From NCBI GenBank assembly GCA_964057225.1, contig CAXKVF010000075.1:186001-250000 (forward strand): a stretch of 64,000 bases of DNA, given 5' to 3'. Below the pieces are notes generated by a model that searched no databases, was not told the DNA's origin, and saw only the letters and a list, made by a program, of their open reading frames with translations. Origin of the DNA: Auanema rhodensis. Its lineage: Eukaryota > Animalia > Nematoda. The translations under genes and the position numbers were made by a program. Below are positions 11,401-26,400 of the stretch, in pieces (positions within the stretch are counted from its first letter, which is position 1; every line of letters starts with the position of its first letter).

Positions 11401-14400
11401 TAAAAATTTGTTTTTAGACTAATATGGACATGGGGAATCTAATTTTGAAAACCGCATCTCTTTATCTTTCACGTGAAGCGAGTTACATACCAAGTGCACA
11501 TCACGTGTACATTTAATTAGCATAAATTAAAGTTCACGTAAATTTCAAAGTCATGGTTACCATGCACCAATATCAATAAAAATTTGTTTTTAGACTAATA
11601 TGGACATGGGGAATCTAATTTTGAAAACCGCATCTCTTTATCTTTCACGTGAAGCGAGTTACATACCAAGTGCACATCACGTGTACATTTAATTAGCATA
11701 AATTAAAGTTCACGTAAATTTCAAAGTCATGGTTACCATGAAGCAATATCAATAAAAATTTGTTTTTAGACTAATATGGACATGGGGAATCTAATTTCGA
11801 AAACCGCATCTCTTTATCTTTCACGTGAAGCGAGTTACATTCCAAGTGCACATCACGTGTACATTTAATTAGCATAAATTAAAGTTCACGTTAATTTCAA
11901 AGTCATGGTTACCATGAACCAATATCAATGAAAATTTGTTTTTAGACTAATATGGACATGGGGAATCTAATTTTGAAAACCGCATCTCTTTATCTTTCAC
12001 GTGAAGCGAGTTACATACCAAGTGCACATCACGTGTACATTTAATTAGCATAAATTAAAGTTCACGTAAATTTCAAAGTCATGGTTACCATGAACTAATA
12101 TCAATAAAAATTTGTTTTTAGACTAATATGGACATGGGGAATCTAATTTTGAAAACCGCATCTCTTTATCTTTCACGTGAAGCGAGTTACATACCAAGTG
12201 CACATCACGTGTACATTTAATTAGCATAAATTAAAGTTCACGTAAATTTCAAAGTCATGGTTACCATGAACCAATATAGATAAAAATTTGTTTTTAGACT
12301 AATATGGACATGAGGAATCTAATTTTGAAAACCGCATCTCTTTATCTTTCACGTGAAGCGAGTTACATACCAAGTGCACATCACGTGTACATTTAATTAG
12401 CATAAATTAAAGTTCACGTAAATTTCAAAGTCATGGTTACCATGAACTAATATCAATAAAAATTTGTTTTTAGACTAATATGGACATGGGGAATCTAATT
12501 TTGAAAACCGCATCTCTTTATCTTTCACGTGAAGCGAGTTACATACCAAGTGCACATCACGTGTACATTTAATTAGCATAAATTAAAGTTCACGTAAATT
12601 TCAAAGTCATGGTTACCATGAACCAATATCAATAAAAATTTGTTTTTAGACTAATATGGACATGAGGAATCTAATTTTGAAAACCGCATCTCTTCATCTT
12701 TCACGTGAAGCGAGTTACATACCAAGTGCACATCACGTGTACATTTAATTAGCATAAATTAAAGTTCACGTAAATTTCAAAGTCATGGTTACCATTCACC
12801 AATATCAATAAAAATTTGTTTTTAGACTAATATGGACATGGGAAATCTAATTTTGAAAACCGCATCTCTTTATCTTTCACGTGAAGCGAGTTACATACCA
12901 AGTGCACATCACGTGTACATTTAATTAGCATAAATTAAAGTTCACGTAAATTTCAAAGTCATGGTTACCATGCACCAATATCAATAAAAATTTGTTTTTA
13001 GACTAATATGGACATGGGGAATCTAATTTTGAAAACCGCATCTCTTTATCTTTCACGTGAAGCGAGTTACATACCAAGTGCACATCACGTGTACATTTAA
13101 TTAGCATAAATTAAAGTTCACGTAAATTTCAAAGTCATGGTTACCATGAACCAATATCAATAAAAATTTGTTTTTAGACTAATATGGACATGGGGAATCT
13201 AATTTTGAAAACCGCATCTCTTTATCTTTCACGTGAAGCGAGTTACATACCAAGTGCACATCACGTGTACATTTAATTAGCATAAATTAAAGTTCACGTA
13301 AATTTCAAAGTCATGGTTACCATGAACCAATATCAATAAAAATTTGTTTTTAGACTAATATGGACATGGGGAATCTAATTTTGAAAACCGCATCTCTTTA
13401 TCTTTCACGTGAAGCGAGTTACATACCAAGTGCACATCACGTGTACATTTAATTAGCATAAATTAAAGTTCACGTAAATTTCAAAGTCATGTTTACCATG
13501 AACTAATATCAATAAAAATTTGTTTTTAGACTAATATGGACATGGGGAATCTAATTTTGAAAACCGCATCTCTTTATCTTTCACGTGAAGCGAGTTACAT
13601 ACCAAGTGCACATCACGTGTACATTTAATTAGCATAAATTAAAGTTCACGTAAATTTCAAAGTCATGGTTACCATGCACCAATATCAATAAAAATTTGTT
13701 TTTAGACTAATATGGACATGGGGAATCTAATTTTGAAAACCGCATCTCTTTATCTTTCACGTGAAGCGAGTTACATACCAAGTGCACATCACGTGTACAT
13801 TTAATTAGCATAAATTAAAGTTCACGTAAATTTCAAAGTCATGGTTACCATGAAGCAATATCAATAAAAATTTGTTTTTAGACTAATATGGACATGGGGA
13901 ATCTAATTTCGAAAACCGCATCTCTTTATCTTTCACGTGAAGCGAGTTACATTCCAAGTGCACATCACGTGTACATTTAATTAGCATAAATTAAAGTTCA
14001 CGTTAATTTCAAAGTCATGGTTACCATGAACCAATATCAATGAAAATTTGTTTTTAGACTAATATGGACATGGGGAATCTAATTTTGAAAACCGCATCTC
14101 TTTATCTTTCACGTGAAGCGAGTTACATACCAAGTGCACATCACGTGTACATTTAATTAGCATAAATTAAAGTTCACGTAAATTTCAAAGTCATGGTTAC
14201 CATGAACTAATATCAATAAAAATTTGTTTTTAGACTAATATGGACATGGGGAATCTAATTTTGAAAACCGCATCTCTTTATCTTTCACGTGAAGCGAGTT
14301 ACATACCAAGTGCACATCACGTGTACATTTAATTAGCATAAATTAAAGTTCACGTAAATTTCAAAGTCATGGTTACCATGAACTAATATCAATAAAAATT

Positions 14401-17400
14401 TGTTTTTAGACTAATATGGACATGGGGAATCTAATTTTGAAAACCGCATCTCTTTATCTTTCACGTGAAGCGAGTTACATACCAAGTGCACATCACGTGT
14501 ACATTTAATTAGCATAAATTAAAGTTCACGTAAATTTCAAAGTCATGGTTACCATGAACCAATATAGATAAAAATTTGTTTTTAGACTAATATGGACATG
14601 AGGAATCTAATTTTGAAAACCGCATCTCTTTATCTTTCACGTGAAGCGAGTTACATACCAAGTGCACATCACGTGTACATTTAATTAGCATAAATTAAAG
14701 TTCACGTAAATTTCAAAGTCATGGTTACCATGAACTAATATCAATAAAAATTTGTTTTTAGACTAATATGGACATGGGGAATCTAATTTTGAAAACCGCA
14801 TCTCTTTATCTTTCACGTGAAGCGAGTTACATACCAAGTGCACATCACGTGTACATTTAATTAGCATAAATTAAAGTTCACGTAAATTTCAAAGTCATGG
14901 TTACCATGAACCAATATCAATAAAAATTTGTTTTTAGACTAATATGGACATGGGGAATCTAATTTTGAAAACCGCATCTCTTTATCTTTCACGTGAAGCG
15001 AGTTACATACCAAGTGCACATCACGTGTACATTTAATTAGCATAAATTAAAGTTCACGTAAATTTCAAAGTCATGGTTACCATGAACCAATATCAATAAA
15101 AATTTGTTTTTAGACTAATATGGACATGGGGAATCTAATTTTGAAAACCGCATCTCTTTATCTTTCACGTGAAGCGAGTTACATACCAAGTGCACATCAC
15201 GTGTACATTTAATTAGCATAAATTAAAGTTCACGTAAATTTCAAAGTCATGGTTACCATGAACCAATATCAATAAAAATTTGTTTTTAGACTAATATGGA
15301 CATGGGGAATCTAATTTTGAAAACCGCATCTCTTTATCTTTCACGTGAAGCGAGTTACATACCAAGTGCACATCACGTGTACATTTAATTAGCATAAATT
15401 AAAGTTCACGTAAATTTCAAAGTCATGGTTACCATGCACCAATATCAATAAAAATTTGTTTTTAGACTAATATGGACATGGGGAATCTAATTTTGAAAAC
15501 CGCATCTCTTTATCTTTCACGTGAAGCGAGTTACATACCAAGTGCACATCACGTGTACATTTAATTAGCATAAATTAAAGTTCACGTAAATTTCAAAGTC
15601 ATGGTTACCATGAACCAATATCAATAAAAATTTGTTTTTAGACTAATATGGACATGGGGAATCTAATTTTGAAAACCGCATCTCTTTATCTTTCACGTGA
15701 AGCGAGTTACATACCAAGTGCACATCACGTGTACATTTAATTAGCATAAATTAAAGTTCACGTAAATTTCAAAGTCATGGTTACCTTGCACCAATATCAA
15801 TAAAAATTTGTTTTTAGACTAATATGGACATGGGGAATCTAATTTTGAAAACCGCATCTCTTTATCTTTCACGTGAAGCGAGTTACATACCAAGTGCACA
15901 TCACGTGTACATTTAATTAGCATAAATTAAAGTTCACGTAAATTTCAAAGTCATGGTTACCATGAACCAATATCAATAAAAATTTGTTTTTAGACTAATA
16001 TGGACATGGGGAATCTAATTTTGAAAACCGCATCTCTTTATCTTTCACGTGAAGCGAGTTACATACCAAGTGCACATCACGTGTACATTTAATTAGCATA
16101 AATTAAAGTTCACGTAAATTTCAAAGTCATGGTTACCATGAACCAATATCAATAAAAATTTGTTTTTAGACTAATATGGACATGGGGAATCTAATTTTGA
16201 AAACCGCATCTCTTTATCTTTCACGTGAAGCGAGTTACATACCAAGTGCACATCACGTGTACATTTAATTAGCATAAATTAAAGTTCACGTAAATTTCAA
16301 AGTCATGGTTACCATGAACCAATATCAATAAAAATTTGTTTTTAGACTAATATGGACATGGGGAATCTAATTTTGAAAACCGCATCTCTTTATCTTTCAC
16401 GTGAAGCGAGTTACATACCAAGTGCACATCACGTGTACATTTAATTAGCATAAATTAAAGTTCACGTAAATTTCAAAGTCATGGTTACCATGTACCAATA
16501 TCAATAAAAATTTGTTTTTAGACTAATATGGACATGGGGAATCTAATTTTGAAAACCGCATCTCTTTATCTTTCACGTGAAACGAGTTACATACCAAGTG
16601 CACATCACGTGTACATTTAATTAGCATAAATTAAAGTTCACGTAAATTTCAAAGTCATGGTTACCATGAACCAATATCAATAAAAATTTGTTTTTAGACT
16701 AATATGGACATGGGGAATCTAATTTTGAGAACCGCATCTCTTTATCTTTCACGTGAAGCGAGTTACATACCAAGTGCACATCACGTGTACATTTAATTAG
16801 CATAAATTAAAGTTCACGTAAATTTCAAAGTCATGGTTACCATGCACCAATATCAATAAAAATTTGTTTTTAGACTAATATGGACATGGGGAATCTAATT
16901 TTGAAAACCGCATCTCTTTATCTTTCACGTGAAGCGAGTTACATACCAAGTGCACATCACGTGTACATTTAATTAGCATAAATTAAAGTTCACGTAAATT
17001 TCAAAGTCATGGTTACCATGAACCAATATTAATAAAAATTTGTTTTTAGACTAATATGGACATGAGGAATCTAATTTTGAAAACCGCATCTCTTCATCTT
17101 TCACGTGAAGCGAGTTACATACCAAGTGCACATCACGTGTACATTTAATTAGCATAAATTAAAGTTCACGTAAATTTCAAAGTCATGGTTACCATTCACC
17201 AATATCAATAAAAATTTGTTTTTAGACTAATATGGACATGGGGAATCTAATTTTGAAAACCGCATCTCTTTATCTTTCACGTGAAGCGAGTTACATACCA
17301 AGTGCACATCACGTGTACATTTAATTAGCATAAATTAAAGTTCACGTAAATTTCAAAGTCATGGTTACCATGCACCAATATCAATAAAAATTTGTTTTTA

Positions 17401-20400
17401 GACTAATATGGACATGGGGAATCTAATTTTGAAAACCGCATCTCTTTATCTTTCACGTGAAGCGAGTTACATACCAAGTGCACATCACGTGTACATTTAA
17501 TTAGCATAAATTAAAGTTCACGTAAATTTCAAAGTCATGGTTACCATGAAGCAATATCAATAAAAATTTGTTTTTAGACTAATATGGACATGGGGAATCT
17601 AATTTTGAAAACCGCATCTCTTTATCTTTCACGTGAAGCGAGTTACATACCAAGTGCACATCACGTGTACATTTAATTAGCATAAATTAAAGTTCACGTA
17701 AATTTCAAAGTCATGGTTACCATGAACCAATATCAATAAAAATTTGTTTTTAGACTAATATGGACATGGGGAATCTAATTTTGAAAACCGCATCTCTTTA
17801 TCTTTCACGTGAAGCGAGTTACATACCAAGTGCACATCACGTGTACATTTAATTAGCATAAATTAAAGTTCACGTAAATTTCAAAGTCATGGTTACCATG
17901 AACTAATATCAATAAAAATTTGTTTTTAGACTAATATGGACATGGGGAATCTAATTTTGAAAACCGCATCTCTTTATCTTTCACGTGAAGCGAGTTACAT
18001 ACCAAGTGCACATCACGTGTACATTTAATTAGCATAAATTAAAGTTCACGTAAATTTCAAAGTCATGGTTACCATGCACCAATATCAATAAAAATTTGTT
18101 TTTAGACTAATATGGACATGGGGAATCTAATTTTGAAAACCGCATCTCTTTATCTTTCACGTGAAGCGAGTTACATACCAAGTGCACATCACGTGTACAT
18201 TTAATTAGCATAAATTAAAGTTCACGTAAATTTCAAAGTCATGGTTACCATGAAGCAATATCAATAAAAATTTGTTTTTAGACTAATATGGACATGGGGA
18301 ATCTAATTTTGAAAACCGCATCTCTTTATCTTTCACGTGAAGCGAGTTACATACCAAGTGCACATCACGTGTACATTTAATTAGCATAAATTAAAGTTCA
18401 CGTAAATTTCAAAGTCATGGTTACCATGTACCAATATCAATAAAAATTTGTTTTTAGACTAATATGGACATGGGGAATCTAATTTTGAAAACCGCATCTC
18501 TTTATCTTTCACGTGAAACGAGTTACATACCAAGTGCACATCACGTGTACATTTAATTAGCATAAATTAAAGTTCACGTAAATTTCAAAGTCATGGTTAC
18601 CATGAACCAATATCAATAAAAATTTGTTTTTAGACTAATATGGACATGGGGAATCTAATTTTGAGAACCGCATCTCTTTATCTTTCACGTGAAGCGAGTT
18701 ACATACCAAGTGCACATCACGTGTACATTTAATTAGCATAAATTAAAGTTCACGTAAATTTCAAAGTCATGGTTACCATGAACTAATATCAATAAAAATT
18801 TGTTTTTAGACTAATATGGACATGGGGAATCTAATTTTGAAAACCGCATCTCTTTATCTTTCACGTGAAGCGAGTTACATACCAAGTGCACATCACGTGT
18901 ACATTTAATTAGCATAAATTAAAGTTCACGTAAATTTCAAAGTCATGGTTACCATGAACCAATATCAATAAAAATTTGTTTTTAGACTAATATGGACATG
19001 GGGAATCTAATTTTGAAAACCGCATCTCTTTATCTTTCACGTGAAGCGAGTTACATACCAAGTGCACATCACGTGTACATTTAATTAGCATAAATTAAAG
19101 TTCACGTAAATTTCAAAGTCATGGTTACCATGAACCAATATCAATAAAAATTTGTTTTTAGACTAATATGGACATGGGGAATCTAATTTTGAAAACCGCA
19201 TCTCTTTATCTTTCACGTGAAGCGAGTTACATACCAAGTGCACATCACGTGTACATTTAATTAGCATAAATTAAAGTTCACGTAAATTTCAAAGTCATGG
19301 TTACCATGAACCAATATCAATAAAAATTTGTTTTTAGACTAATATGGACATGGGGAATCTAATTTTGAAAACCGCATCTCTTTATCTTTCACGTGAAGCG
19401 AGTTACATACCAAGTGCACATCACGTGTACATTTAATTAGCATAAATTAAAGTTCACGTAAATTTCAAAGTCATGGTTACCATGCACCAATATCAATAAA
19501 AATTTGTTTTTAGACTAATATGGACATGGGGAATCTAATTTTGAAAACCGCATCTCTTTATCTTTCACGTGAAGCGAGTTACATACCAAGTGCACATCAC
19601 GTGTACATTTAATTAGCATAAATTAAAGTTCACGTAAATTTCAAAGTCATGGTTACCATGAACCAATATCAATAAAAATTTGTTTTTAGACTAATATGGA
19701 CATGGGGAATCTAATTTTGAAAACCGCATCTCTTTATCTTTCACGTGAAGCGAGTTACATACCAAGTGCACATCACGTGTACATTTAATTAGCATAAATT
19801 AAAGTTCACGTAAATTTCAAAGTCATGGTTACCTTGCACCAATATCAATAAAAATTTGTTTTTAGACTAATATGGACATGGGGAATCTAATTTTGAAAAC
19901 CGCATCTCTTTATCTTTCACGTGAAGCGAGTTACATACCAAGTGCACATCACGTGTACATTTAATTAGCATAAATTAAAGTTCACGTAAATTTCAAAGTC
20001 ATGGTTACCATGAACCAATATCAATAAAAATTTGTTTTTAGACTAATATGGACATGGGGAATCTAATTTTGAAAACCGCATCTCTTTATCTTTCACGTGA
20101 AGCGAGTTACATACCAAGTGCACATCACGTGTACATTTAATTAGCATAAATTAAAGTTCACGTAAATTTCAAAGTCATGGTTACCATGAACCAATATCAA
20201 TAAAAATTTGTTTTTAGACTAATATGGACATGGGGAATCTAATTTTGAAAACCGCATCTCTTTATCTTTCACGTGAAGCGAGTTACATACCAAGTGCACA
20301 TCACGTGTACATTTAATTAGCATAAATTAAAGTTCACGTAAATTTCAAAGTCATGGTTACCATGAACCAATATCAATAAAAATTTGTTTTTAGACTAATA

Positions 20401-23400
20401 TGGACATGGGGAATCTAATTTTGAAAACCGCATCTCTTTATCTTTCACGTGAAGCGAGTTACATACCAAGTGCACATCACGTGTACATTTAATTAGCATA
20501 AATTAAAGTTCACGTAAATTTCAAAGTCATGGTTACCATGTACCAATATCAATAAAAATTTGTTTTTAGACTAATATGGACATGGGGAATCTAATTTTGA
20601 AAACCGCATCTCTTTATCTTTCACGTGAAACGAGTTACATACCAAGTGCACATCACGTGTACATTTAATTAGCATAAATTAAAGTTCACGTAAATTTCAA
20701 AGTCATGGTTACCATGAACCAATATCAATAAAAATTTGTTTTTAGACTAATATGGACATGGGGAATCTAATTTTGAGAACCGCATCTCTTTATCTTTCAC
20801 GTGAAGCGAGTTACATACCAAGTGCACATCACGTGTACATTTAATTAGCATAAATTAAAGTTCACGTAAATTTCAAAGTCATGGTTACCATGCACCAATA
20901 TCAATAAAAATTTGTTTTTAGACTAATATGGACATGGGGAATCTAATTTTGAAAACCGCATCTCTTTATCTTTCACGTGAAGCGAGTTACATACCAAGTG
21001 CACATCACGTGTACATTTAATTAGCATAAATTAAAGTTCACGTAAATTTCAAAGTCATGGTTACCATGAACCAATATTAATAAAAATTTGTTTTTAGACT
21101 AATATGGACATGAGGAATCTAATTTTGAAAACCGCATCTCTTCATCTTTCACGTGAAGCGAGTTACATACCAAGTGCACATCACGTGTACATTTAATTAG
21201 CATAAATTAAAGTTCACGTAAATTTCAAAGTCATGGTTACCATTCACCAATATCAATAAAAATTTGTTTTTAGACTAATATGGACATGGGGAATCTAATT
21301 TTGAAAACCGCATCTCTTTATCTTTCACGTGAAGCGAGTTACATACCAAGTGCACATCACGTGTACATTTAATTAGCATAAATTAAAGTTCACGTAAATT
21401 TCAAAGTCATGGTTACCATGCACCAATATCAATAAAAATTTGTTTTTAGACTAATATGGACATGGGGAATCTAATTTTGAAAACCGCATCTCTTTATCTT
21501 TCACGTGAAGCGAGTTACATACCAAGTGCACATCACGTGTACATTTAATTAGCATAAATTAAAGTTCACGTAAATTTCAAAGTCATGGTTACCATGAAGC
21601 AATATCAATAAAAATTTGTTTTTAGACTAATATGGACATGGGGAATCTAATTTTGAAAACCGCATCTCTTTATCTTTCACGTGAAGCGAGTTACATACCA
21701 AGTGCACATCACGTGTACATTTAATTAGCATAAATTAAAGTTCACGTAAATTTCAAAGTCATGGTTACCATGAACCAATATCAATAAAAATTTGTTTTTA
21801 GACTAATATGGACATGGGGAATCTAATTTTGAAAACCGCATCTCTTTATCTTTCACGTGAAGCGAGTTACATACCAAGTGCACATCACGTGTACATTTAA
21901 TTAGCATAAATTAAAGTTCACGTAAATTTCAAAGTCATGGTTACCATGAACTAATATCAATAAAAATTTGTTTTTAGACTAATATGGACATGGGGAATCT
22001 AATTTTGAAAACCGCATCTCTTTATCTTTCACGTGAAGCGAGTTACATACCAAGTGCACATCACGTGTACATTTAATTAGCATAAATTAAAGTTCACGTA
22101 AATTTCAAAGTCATGGTTACCATGCACCAATATCAATAAAAATTTGTTTTTAGACTAATATGGACATGGGGAATCTAATTTTGAAAACCGCATCTCTTTA
22201 TCTTTCACGTGAAGCGAGTTACATACCAAGTGCACATCACGTGTACATTTAATTAGCATAAATTAAAGTTCACGTAAATTTCAAAGTCATGGTTACCATG
22301 AAGCAATATCAATAAAAATTTGTTTTTAGACTAATATGGACATGGGGAATCTAATTTCGAAAACCGCATCTCTTTATCTTTCACGTGAAGCGAGTTACAT
22401 ACCAAGTGCACATCACGTGTACATTTAATTAGCATAAATTAAAGTTCACGTTAATTTCAAAGTCATGGTTACCATGAACCAATATCAATGAAAATTTGTT
22501 TTTAGACTAATATGGACATGGGGAATCTAATTTTGAAAACCGCATCTCTTTATCTTTCACGTGAAGCGAGTTACATACCAAGTGCACATCACGTGTACAT
22601 TTAATTAGCATAAATTAAAGTTCACGTAAATTTCAAAGTCATGGTTACCATGAACTAATATCAATAAAAATTTGTTTTTAGACTAATATGGACATGGGGA
22701 ATCTAATTTTGAAAACCGCATCTCTTTATCTTTCACGTGAAGCGAGTTACATACCAAGTGCACATCACGTGTACATTTAATTAGCATAAATTAAAGTTCA
22801 CGTAAATTTCAAAGTCATGGTTACCATGAACCAATATAGATAAAAATTTGTTTTTAGACTAATATGGACATGGGGAATCTAATTTTGAAAACCGCATCTC
22901 TTTATCTTTCACGTGAAGCGAGTTACATACCAAGTGCACATCACGTGTACATTTAATTAGCATAAATTAAAGTTCACGTAAATTTCAAAGTCATGGTTAC
23001 CATGAACTAATATCAATAAAAATTTGTTTTTAGACTAATATGGACATGGGGAATCTAATTTTGAAAACCGCATCTCTTTATCTTTCACGTGAAGCGAGTT
23101 ACATACCAAGTGCACATCACGTGTACATTTAATTAGCATAAATTAAAGTTCACGTAAATTTCAAAGTCATGGTTACCATGAACCAATATCAATAAAAATT
23201 TGTTTTTAGACTAATATGGACATGGGGAATCTAATTTTGAAAACCGCATCTCTTTATCTTTCACGTGAAGCGAGTTACATACCAAGTGCACATCACGTGT
23301 ACATTTAATTAGCATAAATTAAAGTTCACGTAAATTTCAAAGTCATGGTTACCATGAACCAATATCAATAAAAATTTGTTTTTAGACTAATATGGACATG

Positions 23401-26400
23401 GGGAATCTAATTTTGAAAACCGCATCTCTTTATCTTTCACGTGAAGCGAGTTACATACCAAGTGCACATCACGTGTACATTTAATTAGCATAAATTAAAG
23501 TTCACGTAAATTTCAAAGTCATGGTTACCATGCACCAATATCAATAAAAATTTGTTTTTAGACTAATATGGACATGGGGAATCTAATTTTGAAAACCGCA
23601 TCTCTTTATCTTTCACGTGAAGCGAGTTACATACCAAGTGCACATCACGTGTACATTTAATTAGCATAAATTAAAGTTCACGTAAATTTCAAAGTCATGG
23701 TTACCATGAAGCAATATCAATAAAAATTTGTTTTTAGACTAATATGGACATGGGGAATCTAATTTCGAAAACCGCATCTCTTTATCTTTCACGTGAAGCG
23801 AGTTACATACCAAGTGCACATCACGTGTACATTTAATTAGCATAAATTAAAGTTCACGTTAATTTCAAAGTCATGGTTACCATGAACCAATATCAATGAA
23901 AATTTGTTTTTAGACTAATATGGACATGGGGAATCTAATTTTGAAAACCGCATCTCTTTATCTTTCACGTGAAGCGAGTTACATACCAAGTGCACATCAC
24001 GTGTACATTTAATTAGCATAAATTAAAGTTCACGTAAATTTCAAAGTCATGGTTACCATGAACTAATATCAATAAAAATTTGTTTTTAGACTAATATGGA
24101 CATGGGGAATCTAATTTTGAAAACCGCATCTCTTTATCTTTCACGTGAAGCGAGTTACATACCAAGTGCACATCACGTGTACATTTAATTAGCATAAATT
24201 AAAGTTCACGTAAATTTCAAAGTCATGGTTACCATGAACCAATATAGATAAAAATTTGTTTTTAGACTAATATGGACATGGGGAATCTAATTTTGAAAAC
24301 CGCATCTCTTTATCTTTCACGTGAAGCGAGTTACATACCAAGTGCACATCACGTGTACATTTAATTAGCATAAATTAAAGTTCACGTAAATTTCAAAGTC
24401 ATGGTTACCATGAACTAATATCAATAAAAATTTGTTTTTAGACTAATATGGACATGGGGAATCTAATTTTGAAAACCGCATCTCTTTATCTTTCACGTGA
24501 AGCGAGTTACATACCAAGTGCACATCACGTGTACATTTAATTAGCATAAATTAAAGTTCACGTAAATTTCAAAGTCATGGTTACCATGAACCAATATCAA
24601 TAAAAATTTGTTTTTAGACTAATATGGACATGGGGAATCTAATTTTGAAAACCGCATCTCTTTATCTTTCACGTGAAGCGAGTTACATACCAAGTGCACA
24701 TCACGTGTACATTTAATTAGCATAAATTAAAGTTCACGTAAATTTCAAAGTCATGGTTACCATGCACCAATATCAATAAAAATTTGTTTTTAGACTAATA
24801 TGGACATGGGGAATCTAATTTTGAAAACCGCATCTCTTTATCTTTCACGTGAAGCGAGTTACATACCAAGTGCACATCACGTGTACATTTAATTAGCATA
24901 AATTAAAGTTCACGTAAATTTCAAAGTCATGGTTACCATGAACCAATATCAATAAAAATTTGTTTTTAGACTAATATGGACATGGGGAATCTAATTTTGA
25001 AAACCGCATCTCTTTATCTTTCACGTGAAGCGAGTTACATACCAAGTGCACATCACGTGTACATTTAATTAGCATAATTTAAAGTTCAAGTAAATTTCAA
25101 AGTCATGGTTACCATGAACCAATATCAATAAAAATTTGTTTTTAGACTAATATGGACATGGGGAATCTAATTTTGAAAACCGCATCTCTTTATCTTTCAC
25201 GTGAAGCGAGTTACATACCAAGTGCACATCACGTGTACATTTAATTAGCATAAATTAAAGTTCACGTAAATTTCAAAGTCATGGTTACCATGAACCAATA
25301 TCAATAAAAATTTGTTTTTAGACTAATATGGACATGGGGAATCTAATTTTGAAAACCGCATCTCTTTATCTTTCACGTGAAGCGAGTTACATACCAAGTG
25401 CACATCACGTGTACATTTAATTAGCATAAATTAAAGTTCACGTAAATTTCAAAGTCATGGTTACCATGAACCAATATTAATAAAAATTTGTTTTTAGACT
25501 AATATGGACATGAGGAATCTAATCTTGAAAACCGCATCTCTTCATCTTTCACGTGAAGCGAGTTACATACCAAGTGCACATCACGTGTACATTTAATTAG
25601 CATAAATTAAAGTTCACGTAAATTTCAAAGTCATGGTTATCATTCACCAATATCAATAAAAATTTGTTTTTAGACTAATATGGACATGGGGAATCTAATT
25701 TTGAAAACCGCATCTCTTTATCTTTCACGTGAAGCGAGTTACATACCAAGTGCACATCACGTGTACATTTAATTAGCATAAATTAAAGTTCACGTAAATT
25801 TCAAAGTCATGGTTACCATGAACTAATATCAATAAAAATTTGTTTTTAGTTTAATATGGACATGGGGAATCTAATTTTGAAAACCGCATCTCTTTATCTT
25901 TCACGTTAAGCGAGTTACATACCAAGTGCACATCACGTGTACATTTAATTAGCATAAATTAAAGTTCACGTAAATTTCAAAGTCATGGTTACCATGAACC
26001 AATATCAATAAAAATTTGTTTTTAGACTAATATGGACATGGGGAATCTAATTTTGAAAACCGCATCTCTTTATCTTTCACGTGAAGCGAGTTACATACCA
26101 AGTGCACATCACGTGTACATTTAATTAGCATAAATTAAAGTTCACGTAAATTTCAAAGTCATGGTTACCATGAACCAATATCAATAAAAATTTGTTTTTA
26201 GACTAATATGGACATGGGGAATCTAATTTTGAAAACCGCATCTCTTTATCTTTCACGTGAAGCGAGTTACATACCAAGTGCACATCACGTGTACATTTAA
26301 TTAGCATAAATTAAAGTTCACGTAAATTTCAAAGTCATGGTTACCATGAACCAATATCAATAAAAATTTGTTTTTAGACTAATATGGACATGGGGAATCT

